Assembly (NCBI GenBank): GCA_030149205.1
Contig: JASBSB010000006.1
Coordinates: 360,001 to 392,000, forward strand
Reading direction: 5' to 3'
DNA: 32,000 nucleotides
DNA from: Candidatus Heimdallarchaeota archaeon
GTDB taxonomy: Archaea; Asgardarchaeota; Heimdallarchaeia; Heimdallarchaeales; Kariarchaeaceae
The notes under the pieces are model-generated. The model worked only from the letters and a program-made list of their open reading frames with translations, did no database searches and was not told the DNA's origin. A program made the position numbers and the translations under genes. Positions 17,636 to 26,726 of the stretch are shown here, piece after piece (within the stretch, counting starts at the first letter, position 1; every line of letters starts with the position of its first letter).

Positions 17636-17642
17636 TATTTAA
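17636..17642 (-). promoter_or_regulatory. Candidate TATA box for the 5S precursor
   Basis: TTAAATA on the minus strand, about 26 nt upstream of a GAACU-UACG-AGUUC hairpin (17609-17596) at the start of the predicted leader; position only. Confidence 0.4.
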
Positions 17643-17926
17643 GAGTTAAACTAGATAACAGTTAAAACAAAATGACTTTGGGTCGTTCTGTGAGTTGAAT
17701 GATGATTCTTTGTTATCCGTAACAGATTTGAGGTTCAGAACAGTATTAACTGAACATTGGCACCCCCTGTTGGCGCCAATATGAGCCTTCTTTATCCCCT
17801 AACCAATACGTTTATGGTGAACTGGAGATACTTTGCTTAGCTCTGAATGGTTGTCCATGTCGAGAAAACTTGGTAAATTGAATATAATGATAGATAAAGT
17901 AATTAACTCTGTTTATAATCTTCGTT

Positions 17927-18427
17927 ATGGAATGGGACAAGTACCTCTCAAGTGAATATCCTAACAGAGAGAAACCATTCAATAAAGCCGTTTTAGGAGG
18001 AACTTTTGATCGCTTTCATGATGCACATAGACTGCTACTAAAGACTGCTGCCTTGTTAGCAAAATCGTTGTTCGTTGGGGTGGTTGGAGTAGAGTTAGGT
18101 AAGAAAATGTTCCCTAATAAGAAACATGGTGATCGAATTCAGGATTATGAGACCCGAATTAGAAATGTTGAAACATTTCTGTCCAAATTTAATTCTACAT
18201 TTGAGGTGGGTGAATTAAAAGATCCTTGGGGACCAGCACCTTATGATAAGAATGCAGACCTAATTGTCGTTTCAGGGGAAACGTATTCATCTGCTGAGAA
18301 AATCAATCAAATGAGAGAAGAAAGGGGATTAGCACCTCTCACTATTGTAACAATTAACAGGGTTCTTGACGAGAAGGGAATCCCAGTTTCTTCAACTAGA
18401 TTACGAGAGTTAGAGGTCAAAAAATAA
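17927..18427 (+). CDS. coaD: Phosphopantetheine adenylyltransferase, archaeal/eukaryotic type
   Basis: GGTFDRFHDAH, DPWGPA, 'LIVVSGET...INQMREERGLAPL', VSSTRLR. Confidence 0.92.
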   Translation: MEWDKYLSSEYPNREKPFNKAVLGGTFDRFHDAHRLLLKTAALLAKSLFVGVVGVELGKKMFPNKKHGDRIQDYETRIRNVETFLSKFNSTFEVGELKDPWGPAPYDKNADLIVVSGETYSSAEKINQMREERGLAPLTIVTINRVLDEKGIPVSSTRLRELEVKK

Positions 18428-18476
18428 GCTGTATCTTAAGAGTTAGTTTAAATTTTAGATATGATTGACAACCTTA

Positions 18477-18956
18477 ATGGAAATAGGAAATCAATGGCCA
18501 CTGATAGTTTTACATAATGTCAATGCTTCAAGCAAATGTACAGAATTTGTCAGAATTGGGTCAGCATTTGGGTTCAGAACCTTAATAATCACACAGGCGC
18601 AGGGATCAGCTGCTCAGAATGGGATTCCAAGTGCACAAAAATTAGCTCTCAAGAATAAGCTAAATTTTTTGGCCTTATATTCAGTTGAAGATGTAATTGA
18701 GCTTTTTAACCCTGAGCAGGTTGTACTGATTGCGCCCCCTCCCTTTGGGAAAGAAAATCTCTCACAAGGTGTTATTGATGAGATCAAGGCTCAAAAAACA
18801 GTGGTGGTTTTCGGAGGAAATGACCCAGGTTTGTCAAGAAAGGATCTGGATTTAGGAAGAACGGTTCAGTTGTCTGTTGGGGATATTGGTTCGATTGCCA
18901 CTCTATCACTTACCTTAGCCCTTCTAAAACATGGAAATAATCTATTGCCTGAGTAA
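18477..18956 (+). CDS. DUF2122/COG4080 SPOUT (SpoU-like) RNA methyltransferase-family protein
   Basis: 'LHNVNASSK...GSAAQNGIPSAQKLALK...VVFGGNDPGLSRKDL' matches the archaeal family pattern; ATG at 18477 preferred over TTG at 18465. Confidence 0.72.
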   Translation: MEIGNQWPLIVLHNVNASSKCTEFVRIGSAFGFRTLIITQAQGSAAQNGIPSAQKLALKNKLNFLALYSVEDVIELFNPEQVVLIAPPPFGKENLSQGVIDEIKAQKTVVVFGGNDPGLSRKDLDLGRTVQLSVGDIGSIATLSLTLALLKHGNNLLPE

Positions 18957-19127
18957 GAATCAATTTCAGAATCCATTAAATTAGATGAGAATGCAAGAAA
19001 TTTCAGCTAAATTAAATTGATTGGAAATCGGCTCTGAATTCTCAAATTTATTCGGTATAGTGTAACAATAGAATTCTTTAGAAGAATGATGGCTAAAGTT
19101 TATAATACTCTGTTCTCATGAACTCCT

Positions 19128-20117
19128 ATGTCACTTATGGGGAAAGAGGTTCTGGTCACAGGTGCAGGTGGTTTTATAGGTAGCCACCTGACAGAGGCAC
19201 TTGTAAAGGAGGGGGCAAATGTCTCTGTACTGCTAAGGTATACCTCGGAAAAAAACATTGGAAATTTAAGATATCTCGATAAAGACCTTTACGATCAAAT
19301 AGACCTCAATTTTGGAACTGTCGAAGACAGAACATTTGTCAATAGTTTAGCAAGGGACAAAGAGATTATTTTTCATCTCGCTGCACTAATAGGAATTCCT
19401 TATTCATATGTAGCTCCTGAGAGTTATGTGTCAACAAATATTATTGGCACTCTAAATTTCCTCAATGCAGCAAGAGAATTTGAACCTGACGTGGCTCTCT
19501 TCACCTCAACCAGTGAGGTCTATGGGACTGCAAATTATGTCCCAATAGATGAAAAGCATCCTTTAAAGGGACAATCACCCTATTCAGCAACAAAGATAGG
19601 TGCAGATAAACTGATCGAAAGCTATTTCCTCTCATTTGATTGCCCAATAGTTACTGTAAGACCATTTAATACTTATGGCCCAAGGCAATCCGATAGAGCA
19701 GTTATTCCAACCATAATCAGTCAGGCAATGTTTAATGATACAATAAGGTTAGGTGACCTCTCACCAACCAGAGATTATGTTTATGTAAGAGATACTGTGG
19801 ATGGATTCATTCAGTTGGCTAAGAAAAAACCATTTGGGGAGGTTGTGAACCTAGCCACAGGTAAAGAATTCAAAATAGGTGACATCGTTGATTTGGTACA
19901 GGAGAATCTAAACACAGATAAAAAAGTCGTTAGTGAATCTCAAAGAATGAGACCATCAAAAAGTGAGGTTCGACAACTACTGGGTGATGCAGGCAAAGCC
20001 AATTCCCTGGGGTGGTCACCGAAGTACAGTTTCGCGAAAGGTCTGGATGAAACAATCAAGTGGTTTAAACAGCATGAGAAATATTCTAAAAAGGATCAGA
20101 GCAGGTACAGTGTATGA
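19128..20117 (+). CDS. NAD-dependent nucleotide-sugar 4,6-dehydratase (LegB/GMD-like SDR)
   Basis: GAGGFIG, HLAALIGIPYSY, TSTSEVYG, QSPYSATK, RPFNTYGPRQS. Confidence 0.9.
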   Translation: MSLMGKEVLVTGAGGFIGSHLTEALVKEGANVSVLLRYTSEKNIGNLRYLDKDLYDQIDLNFGTVEDRTFVNSLARDKEIIFHLAALIGIPYSYVAPESYVSTNIIGTLNFLNAAREFEPDVALFTSTSEVYGTANYVPIDEKHPLKGQSPYSATKIGADKLIESYFLSFDCPIVTVRPFNTYGPRQSDRAVIPTIISQAMFNDTIRLGDLSPTRDYVYVRDTVDGFIQLAKKKPFGEVVNLATGKEFKIGDIVDLVQENLNTDKKVVSESQRMRPSKSEVRQLLGDAGKANSLGWSPKYSFAKGLDETIKWFKQHEKYSKKDQSRYSV

Positions 20118-20830
20118 ATGAGATTAAACAGGCAGTGATTTTAGCTGGAGGAAAAGGGTCAAGACTAAGACCTTACACCCTCATTCTACCCAAACCCTTG
20201 ATGCCCTTAGGAGATTTTCCCATTTTGGAAATTTTAATAAAAAAATTAAGACATCACAACATAACGGATATAATCATTGCTACTGGGTACCTTTCACATC
20301 TCATAGAAGCATATTTTGGTGACGGGAAAAAATTTGGTGTAAATATTCGTTACTCACATGAGGATAAACCTTTAGGAACAGCAGGGCCACTTAAGCTCAT
20401 TCCAAACTTAGATGAGGATTTCTTGATAATGAATGGTGATCTATTGACTGACTTATCATTCAGCGAGATGATACGATTTCATGAGAGAACCCAGAGCGAT
20501 GTTACTATCTCAGTCTACTCAAAAAAGGTCAAAATAGACCTAGGTGTATTAAAACTCAATGAGAATAATCAGATTCTAGATTATATTGAAAAACCAACCT
20601 ATGATTTTGATGTAAGTATGGGGATGTATGTGCTAAATCGTAGGGTGCTAGAACATATTCCAGAAGATTACTTTGATTTCCCTGATTTGATTAAAATGTT
20701 AATAAAAACAGAATTAAAGGTAAATGCATTCAAGTTTGAGGGTACATGGTTGGATGTGGGGAGACCAGATGATTACACTCTCGCAATGGAATTGTTCCAA
20801 GGTGGAGATTCAGAGAAGTTTTTAACATAA
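20114..20830 (+). CDS. Sugar-1-phosphate nucleotidyltransferase (mannose-1-P guanylyltransferase-like)
   Basis: LAGGKGSRLRPYT..LPKPL, PLGTAG, MNGDLLTD, WLDVGRPDDY; 4-nt overlap with the upstream gene. Confidence 0.9.
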   Translation: MNEIKQAVILAGGKGSRLRPYTLILPKPLMPLGDFPILEILIKKLRHHNITDIIIATGYLSHLIEAYFGDGKKFGVNIRYSHEDKPLGTAGPLKLIPNLDEDFLIMNGDLLTDLSFSEMIRFHERTQSDVTISVYSKKVKIDLGVLKLNENNQILDYIEKPTYDFDVSMGMYVLNRRVLEHIPEDYFDFPDLIKMLIKTELKVNAFKFEGTWLDVGRPDDYTLAMELFQGGDSEKFLT

Positions 20831-20842
20831 GGACTGAAAACA

Positions 20843-21784
20843 ATGATTGTCGATGTGTGTTTTGGTGCAAATGGAGTTGTAGGGACAAAATTTGTTGAAT
20901 ATATATTGAATAATTCATCGCATGAAGTCATTGGTTTTGATATTCAAAAAAATCCAAATACAATCAACCCCCGATACACTTTCATCTCAATTGATCTATT
21001 GAGGTTGAAACCTGGAACAATCATCGAAGTTCTTGAAAACAAAAACATAGGTAGAATACTTTTTGCTGTTGGATACTACGGCATCAATTCGTTTCCCTTT
21101 CATTATAAAATAAATGCAAAAACCGCAAAAATAGTCTTGGAAGAGCTGTTTTGGGGAGAAATCCAATTTTCAAAACTATTTGTTCTTTCCAGCTCTGCTG
21201 TTTATGGAGAGGTGAAGAGTTCTGATTTACCCATTTCTGAGGATTATGAGATTTGTCCAGTCAGTGATTATGGAAAAAGTAAATTTGTTTTAGAAGACAT
21301 TTGTCTTTACTACACTGACAGGCTTAAAGGTGATCTTATCATAATAAGACCATCGAATTTTGTTGCTAAGTTCAATGATGACAGACTTTTAATAGGAAAG
21401 CTTGTCAATCAAATCAATAAAAGACATAACGATCATGAGATAAGATTAACCTTGTTTAACAAAACTGGGGAAAGAGATTGGATTTCACTCTCGTATTTCA
21501 TTCATCTCCTTATTGAACTTGGAAAAATTGATAGAGTTACCCCTATTTTAAATATCGGAAGTGGCTACTCATTATCTGTAGAGGATTTAACCGAAATTAT
21601 ATCTAAGGTAATTAATAAACCAATTGTAATTGAAACCACTGATGTTGAACCTTTAGAAGAGTATAAGTCTAACTATTTGAATGTATCGAGGTTTCTCGAA
21701 CTCCTTAGCCTAGACCCGAGAGACTATCAATCAATTACAAAGAACGAATTGGAGAAAGAATTTGAAGAAATCTTTGATGATTGA
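20843..21784 (+). CDS. NAD-dependent epimerase/reductase (extended SDR)
   Basis: GANGVVG, SSSAVYG, YGKSK (YxxxK), RPSN, NIGSG. Confidence 0.8.
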   Translation: MIVDVCFGANGVVGTKFVEYILNNSSHEVIGFDIQKNPNTINPRYTFISIDLLRLKPGTIIEVLENKNIGRILFAVGYYGINSFPFHYKINAKTAKIVLEELFWGEIQFSKLFVLSSSAVYGEVKSSDLPISEDYEICPVSDYGKSKFVLEDICLYYTDRLKGDLIIIRPSNFVAKFNDDRLLIGKLVNQINKRHNDHEIRLTLFNKTGERDWISLSYFIHLLIELGKIDRVTPILNIGSGYSLSVEDLTEIISKVINKPIVIETTDVEPLEEYKSNYLNVSRFLELLSLDPRDYQSITKNELEKEFEEIFDD

Positions 21785-21858
21785 ATTTAGAGAAACCATA
21801 ATGTTATGTTTTCCGAATCATTGTAAAACTCTAAAATAGAAGACAGAAATAGGTTAGT

Positions 21859-22644
21859 ATGGACAAGTTTTGGGGTATTGTCTACAGTCAAGTGGATAAG
21901 TCTGATGTGGTACTTGAAGTTGTAGATGCAAGATTCCCCTCAATCTGCAGAAGTAACAGGCTAGAGAAGTATGTGTTAGACTCCGATTCCACCAACCTCA
22001 TTATTGCAATAAACAAAACTGACCTCATCCCCAGAGAAAGACTTGATCAATGGATATCTTGGTTCAAGGATCAAGGACTGGCAGCGGTGGGAGTATCTGC
22101 AAAAGAAAGACTTGGTACATCAAGAATAAGACAAACCATTCTTAGAGCATCCAAACGTAAAACTGCGGTTGTAGCTGTGGTGGGCTTCCCAAACACTGGA
22201 AAGAGTAGCTTGATTAACACGCTCCGCGGAAAATCTGCTGCTGGTGTTGCTCCGATCCCCGGAAAAACTCGATCAGAGCAAAAGGTCAGGGTAAGTAACA
22301 GCTTGTTTATGTTTGACACACCAGGTGTTATCCCTGCAAAACTGCCAGAGAAACACAAGATTCTTTTGGGGATTGTTTCAATTACCAAACTACAAGACCC
22401 AGAACATGCAGCTCTGGTATTATATCACCAAGGAAATCAACTGAATCCTGGAGCAATAGCTAAGTATTATGAGATTGAAGATAATGAGGAAGAGCTCCTA
22501 GAAATCCTCGCAGTCAAATTTAACAAATACAGAAAAGGAAAGGTCCCAAACGAGCGTGAAGCGGCGATGATTATATTAAAAGATCATGTAAGGGGAAGAC
22601 TACCAATTTTTGAGGTACCTGATAATCCACTTAGATTGAAATAA
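21859..22644 (+). CDS. Circularly permuted GTPase, RbgA/YlqF/Nog2-like (large-subunit biogenesis)
   Basis: G4 NKTD precedes G1 GFPNTGKSS, G2 GKT and G3 DTPG; 'DVVLEVVDARFP'. Confidence 0.92.
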   Translation: MDKFWGIVYSQVDKSDVVLEVVDARFPSICRSNRLEKYVLDSDSTNLIIAINKTDLIPRERLDQWISWFKDQGLAAVGVSAKERLGTSRIRQTILRASKRKTAVVAVVGFPNTGKSSLINTLRGKSAAGVAPIPGKTRSEQKVRVSNSLFMFDTPGVIPAKLPEKHKILLGIVSITKLQDPEHAALVLYHQGNQLNPGAIAKYYEIEDNEEELLEILAVKFNKYRKGKVPNEREAAMIILKDHVRGRLPIFEVPDNPLRLK

Positions 22645-22733
22645 GAAAATCAAACTTAAAGGTGAAAGCATTTTTATTCAAATTTGAAAAGAGATAAGCC
22701 CAAGGTATTTAACTAAGCAAGAAATTTTTACCT

Positions 22734-25499
22734 ATGGCTTCACGAGGGGAACTTGTAGAATTTAAACCAGGACTGTTTGGATTGGGGGAACCAAATAATT
22801 TCGGAATCTTTGTTAAGAGTTCAAAGAGAAAGAAAGGTGTTTTCGTTCAACTCTATACCTTAAAAGGGATACGGGAGACCAAACAAAACAATTTGTATAA
22901 AGCAAAATTTGGTTATTTTGTACAATTAAAGGGAGGAAGTTTACCTCCTGAAAAGGAATTAAAGGAAAGATTATCTGAATGGATCAAGTTGGTTCAGACA
23001 GAGAGAGGAAATTCAGGAGCTGGTTCAGAACTTGGGGCATTAACGGAGAGGACATTGTGGGATAAACTTATCAGGATAAATCCAAACAGGTTTGAATACA
23101 CAACTGAAGAAATGACGAAAATTTGGTATGAATCTGATGAGGTCTCAAGAACAAAGGTTAGAAAGATTCAGGAAGCGTTAAAACCATGTACTGATGTGGG
23201 ATTTGGGCATTTTACCTTGATTAATTCAAAGGAACAAAAGTGGAGGTTACTATCTCAAGAAGAGAAGAAATCGATTGGAAAAGAAATTGCTTTGCTTGGG
23301 ACAATACGTAATAAGTTGTTTGTATTTGTTGAGGAGGCGGATGAGGAAAATCCCGAGGAGAAAATCACAGTTAGGAAGTCAGTACCTTGGAATGACATAT
23401 CATTTAATGATGACGAATTAAAACTCGTCTCCAAACTTCAAAAAATAATGAGCCATTTTATTGAGTTTGACAACTGGGGTACCTTCGGGTTAGCAGGAAC
23501 AAGGAAGAACACTATCGATGGATTTGATTTGCATAAATTAGTAGCTTATTTAGCCGAAGATTGGGTCAATGAAGGAAGAACAACTATTGCAGATTCTTTT
23601 GTAAAGTTTCTATTGAACACTGCCTTTATTGGACAGGATGAAGCTTTGGTTAAAATTTCGAAAAGGGCCGTAAATCTGGCACCTGATTTCTCTTGGGAGA
23701 CACCAGAAAACATAGAGGAGGCTGCCAGAAGATTCGAAGAACCAAAAGAAACCCCTGAGGTGTTCGAAGGCAGATTAGATCTTAGAAAGATGGAAGCTTA
23801 TACAATTGACCCTCCGACAGCAAAGGATTTTGATGATGCAGTGACAGTGCTTGAAACAGATAAAGGTTTCGAGCTTTGGGTGCACATTGCTGATGTAGCT
23901 CATTATGTGGAAAAATATGGACTTCTTGATAAGCATGCTCAGCAAAGGGCGACAAGTGTATATCTTCCAACAAAAGTACTTCCAATGTTGCCAACCCATC
24001 TTTCAGATAACTTATGCTCACTAAGAGACACCGCCCCCAGGTTAGCCATGTCTGTTAAAATACCATTTGATAAGTCTGGTAAACGGGAGGGAGATGAAGA
24101 GGTGTACAACACCGTAATTCAGGTTACAAAAAACCTATCATACGATTACGTAAATGATGCAATAAGTAAACAGGTTGAACCTTTTATAAGTTATCACAAG
24201 CTAGCTACTCTTATCAATAACAATCGTAGAAGTTTAAACCTTGAAACACCTGAAGTTAAACTCCATCTCGGTGAAAAGATGAGTATTGCAATTAAAACAT
24301 CTTCTGCCTCGACAAAGATGATTGAGACATTTATGGTCTCTGCTAACGAGGCAATTGGGAATATATGCCTAAGAGCAGAGGTACCTGCGATTTATAGGAT
24401 ACATCCTTTACCAGAAAGGGAAAAGATCATAAAGTTCAATGGACAACTCAAGGTTGTTGATTTACAATATGAGATTGATTATCCTGAGAAACTATTTGAA
24501 AACAACGAAGATATTCAAGAGGAGGAGGATCCAGAGGAAATCTTTAGAAAATTAAAAGAACAGGGTGGGTTTAGTGGAGGAGGTATATCTATATCCTTTG
24601 GTGGAGGTTCCTCCTTAGGGGATCAACTCAAACAGAAAGAAAAAACTGAAGAAGTGAAAGAGAGGGATATCGGCACACCACTTGCGAAAGGATTAGCCCA
24701 ACTCTCCCCAGAAAAACAGGAAGAAGTATTACGTCCTTTTATCAAAATTCTTTCAGAGGTCGAAAAAATGACTGATGAAGAGTTGCAGAGACTGGTATAT
24801 CTACTGGTACTCAGAGTATTCCCACAGGCTCTATACAGTGCTGGAAACATTGGACATTTTGGGCTTGGAAGTCTGAAATATATCCATTTCACCTCCCCAA
24901 TTCGTCGATATCCAGATATTATTGCCCATAGGATCTGTAAACAACTAATCTTGGAGAAGAATGGAACTGGAAAATCAAGAGGGGATGAGCTTGTCTATCA
25001 GGCAGATGAGATTGAAGAACTTGCTCTCCATTGTACCGATCAGTCAATTACAGCAACCAATCTTGAGCGGCAGATAGTTGCTGCAGGATATTCATTTTTG
25101 GCAAAGAATGAATCTTTTGAAAACAGAAATGGAATTGTTTCCTCGGTATTTGGTGGATATGTCAGTGTACTCCTCCCCAATGGAATAGAGGCCAGGATAC
25201 CAATTCGAAAGATGACAGATCGCCCAACATTCATAGATGATTTTGAAAGTATGTGTTTTGTTGGGTCCAGAGACAAATTTGACATGACCAAGGAGATTAC
25301 CCCAGAAAACTACAAGGAACTATTACAGGATGATAATGAGATAGTTGAAGTGTTAGCTCAACTGGGTGATAAAATAGCCATTAGCTTTGACACCATTGAT
25401 CATATCGAGGGAAATATTCTGGCATTACCAATCAGAATCACAAGGAAGGATCATGTTGTGCATGATTTTGAAGCTGAGAAAGAGACAGAAATAGTTTGA
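22734..25499 (+). CDS. rnr: RNase II/R (RNB-domain) 3'-5' exoribonuclease
   Basis: Catalytic DPPTAKDFDDA, VHIADV, ATSVY, MIETFM, HFGL, HFTSPIRRYPDIIAHR; S1-like C-terminus. Confidence 0.9.
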   Translation: MASRGELVEFKPGLFGLGEPNNFGIFVKSSKRKKGVFVQLYTLKGIRETKQNNLYKAKFGYFVQLKGGSLPPEKELKERLSEWIKLVQTERGNSGAGSELGALTERTLWDKLIRINPNRFEYTTEEMTKIWYESDEVSRTKVRKIQEALKPCTDVGFGHFTLINSKEQKWRLLSQEEKKSIGKEIALLGTIRNKLFVFVEEADEENPEEKITVRKSVPWNDISFNDDELKLVSKLQKIMSHFIEFDNWGTFGLAGTRKNTIDGFDLHKLVAYLAEDWVNEGRTTIADSFVKFLLNTAFIGQDEALVKISKRAVNLAPDFSWETPENIEEAARRFEEPKETPEVFEGRLDLRKMEAYTIDPPTAKDFDDAVTVLETDKGFELWVHIADVAHYVEKYGLLDKHAQQRATSVYLPTKVLPMLPTHLSDNLCSLRDTAPRLAMSVKIPFDKSGKREGDEEVYNTVIQVTKNLSYDYVNDAISKQVEPFISYHKLATLINNNRRSLNLETPEVKLHLGEKMSIAIKTSSASTKMIETFMVSANEAIGNICLRAEVPAIYRIHPLPEREKIIKFNGQLKVVDLQYEIDYPEKLFENNEDIQEEEDPEEIFRKLKEQGGFSGGGISISFGGGSSLGDQLKQKEKTEEVKERDIGTPLAKGLAQLSPEKQEEVLRPFIKILSEVEKMTDEELQRLVYLLVLRVFPQALYSAGNIGHFGLGSLKYIHFTSPIRRYPDIIAHRICKQLILEKNGTGKSRGDELVYQADEIEELALHCTDQSITATNLERQIVAAGYSFLAKNESFENRNGIVSSVFGGYVSVLLPNGIEARIPIRKMTDRPTFIDDFESMCFVGSRDKFDMTKEITPENYKELLQDDNEIVEVLAQLGDKIAISFDTIDHIEGNILALPIRITRKDHVVHDFEAEKETEIV

Positions 25500-25517
25500 A
25501 CCAATTAAATATCTCCA

Positions 25518-26453
25518 TCAATATTCTAACTTTTCAATTTTAACCTTAGTGTAAATTTCTTCAATATCCTCAAGCTTACCAGGGGCTGTACCAATGGTCA
25601 TTATTGATGCTGTTGCGCAGGCAGTACCCCATCTAATTGCTTCAACAATGTCCTTGTTCAAAGAAACAGCATGCACAAACCCAGCAACCATTGCATCTCC
25701 TGCACCAACTGTACTTTTTGCATCTACTTTAACTGGTTCAACTCTGTAATATCTGTCTTTTGAGAAGAAATATGATCCTTCTCCTCCCAAGGAAACCCAC
25801 ATGTGCTCTGCACCAAAATTAAGGATTTCTCTACATTTATGAGGAAATTCAGGATCATCGAGTGATATACCAAAGCTTGCCTTTAACTCATCAACATTAG
25901 GTTTGATAAGATACGGTCTGGCCTTCATCCCCTCAAGTAGTAATTTCTTAGATGAATCTAAAATTACAGTTGTATTCGGAATTTCATTGACAACCTCTAT
26001 TATCTCTCTGTAGATGGTTTCTCTTGCCTTTTCAGGCACAGAGCCTGAGATGACCACAAAATCCCCCGGTAGAATGAGCCTCTGGAGATGATGAAACAGT
26101 TGGTCAAATTTTTTGGGAGGAACCACATGACCCTCTTGATTAACACCGGTGACCATATCCTTGATTTGGTCAATTACAACAATGTTGGTTCTGGTTTCGT
26201 TGCTAATTGGAATGAAATTTTGTAATACTATCGTGTTACTCAGTTCCTTGGCAATGAACTCCCCATTATGACCACCTAAGAATCCAGTCGCGATATTTGG
26301 CATATTCAAGTTAGCCAGGTTTCGTGAAACATTGATTCCCTTCCCTGTTGGGTCTTTACGAAAGTTGTTTGTCCTGTTTGAGCCACCTTCATTTAACTTC
26401 TTTACAATAAAAGTAATATCAACAGAAGGGTTTAATGTAATGGTAACAATCAA
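25518..26453 (-). CDS. 1-phosphofructokinase-family (PfkB/FruK/LacC) hexose kinase
   Basis: TITLNPSVD, GKGINVSR, IKPNVDEL, STVGAGDAMVAG. Confidence 0.92.
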   Translation of the reverse strand: MIVTITLNPSVDITFIVKKLNEGGSNRTNNFRKDPTGKGINVSRNLANLNMPNIATGFLGGHNGEFIAKELSNTIVLQNFIPISNETRTNIVVIDQIKDMVTGVNQEGHVVPPKKFDQLFHHLQRLILPGDFVVISGSVPEKARETIYREIIEVVNEIPNTTVILDSSKKLLLEGMKARPYLIKPNVDELKASFGISLDDPEFPHKCREILNFGAEHMWVSLGGEGSYFFSKDRYYRVEPVKVDAKSTVGAGDAMVAGFVHAVSLNKDIVEAIRWGTACATASIMTIGTAPGKLEDIEEIYTKVKIEKLEY

Positions 26454-26726
26454 TTCAAATCACTAACTTAATCTCCATATTTATTCGTAAAGATACATCC
26501 TTAATTCAGAAGAAAATTGTTCCTCGAAAATTAAGTGCTTGAAAATAACTTCTTTGGGTTACCAAATGAGTGTATGTTTCATCTAAGTGCATTAAATTTA
26601 TACTTCCATCAGAATTTTAGATATTCTTACAATAAATGAATATGTTGTTGCTCGTTACAATGTTCAAAATTAAATCCATGGTTGACTTGTAACACTCAAA
26701 TATAATCTTACGTATTTTTTTCCAAA

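Noticed and set aside
17440-17830. RNase P RNA or SRP RNA as the explanation for the GC-rich intergenic segment
   Set aside because: Fragments such as CUCCACCC, ACAGAAC and CAGG...AGCA occur, but no P4 pseudoknot pairing (CR-I/CR-V) and no SRP helix 8 GNRA stem can be built. The 5S model explains 17448-17570 completely.
17735-17835. TPP-like (CAGUUAAUACUG, GAACCU) and fluoride-like (GUUCACCAUAAAC) riboswitch fragments on the minus strand
   Set aside because: Required partners (UGAGA and the correct motif order for TPP; GGNGAUGG for fluoride) are missing.
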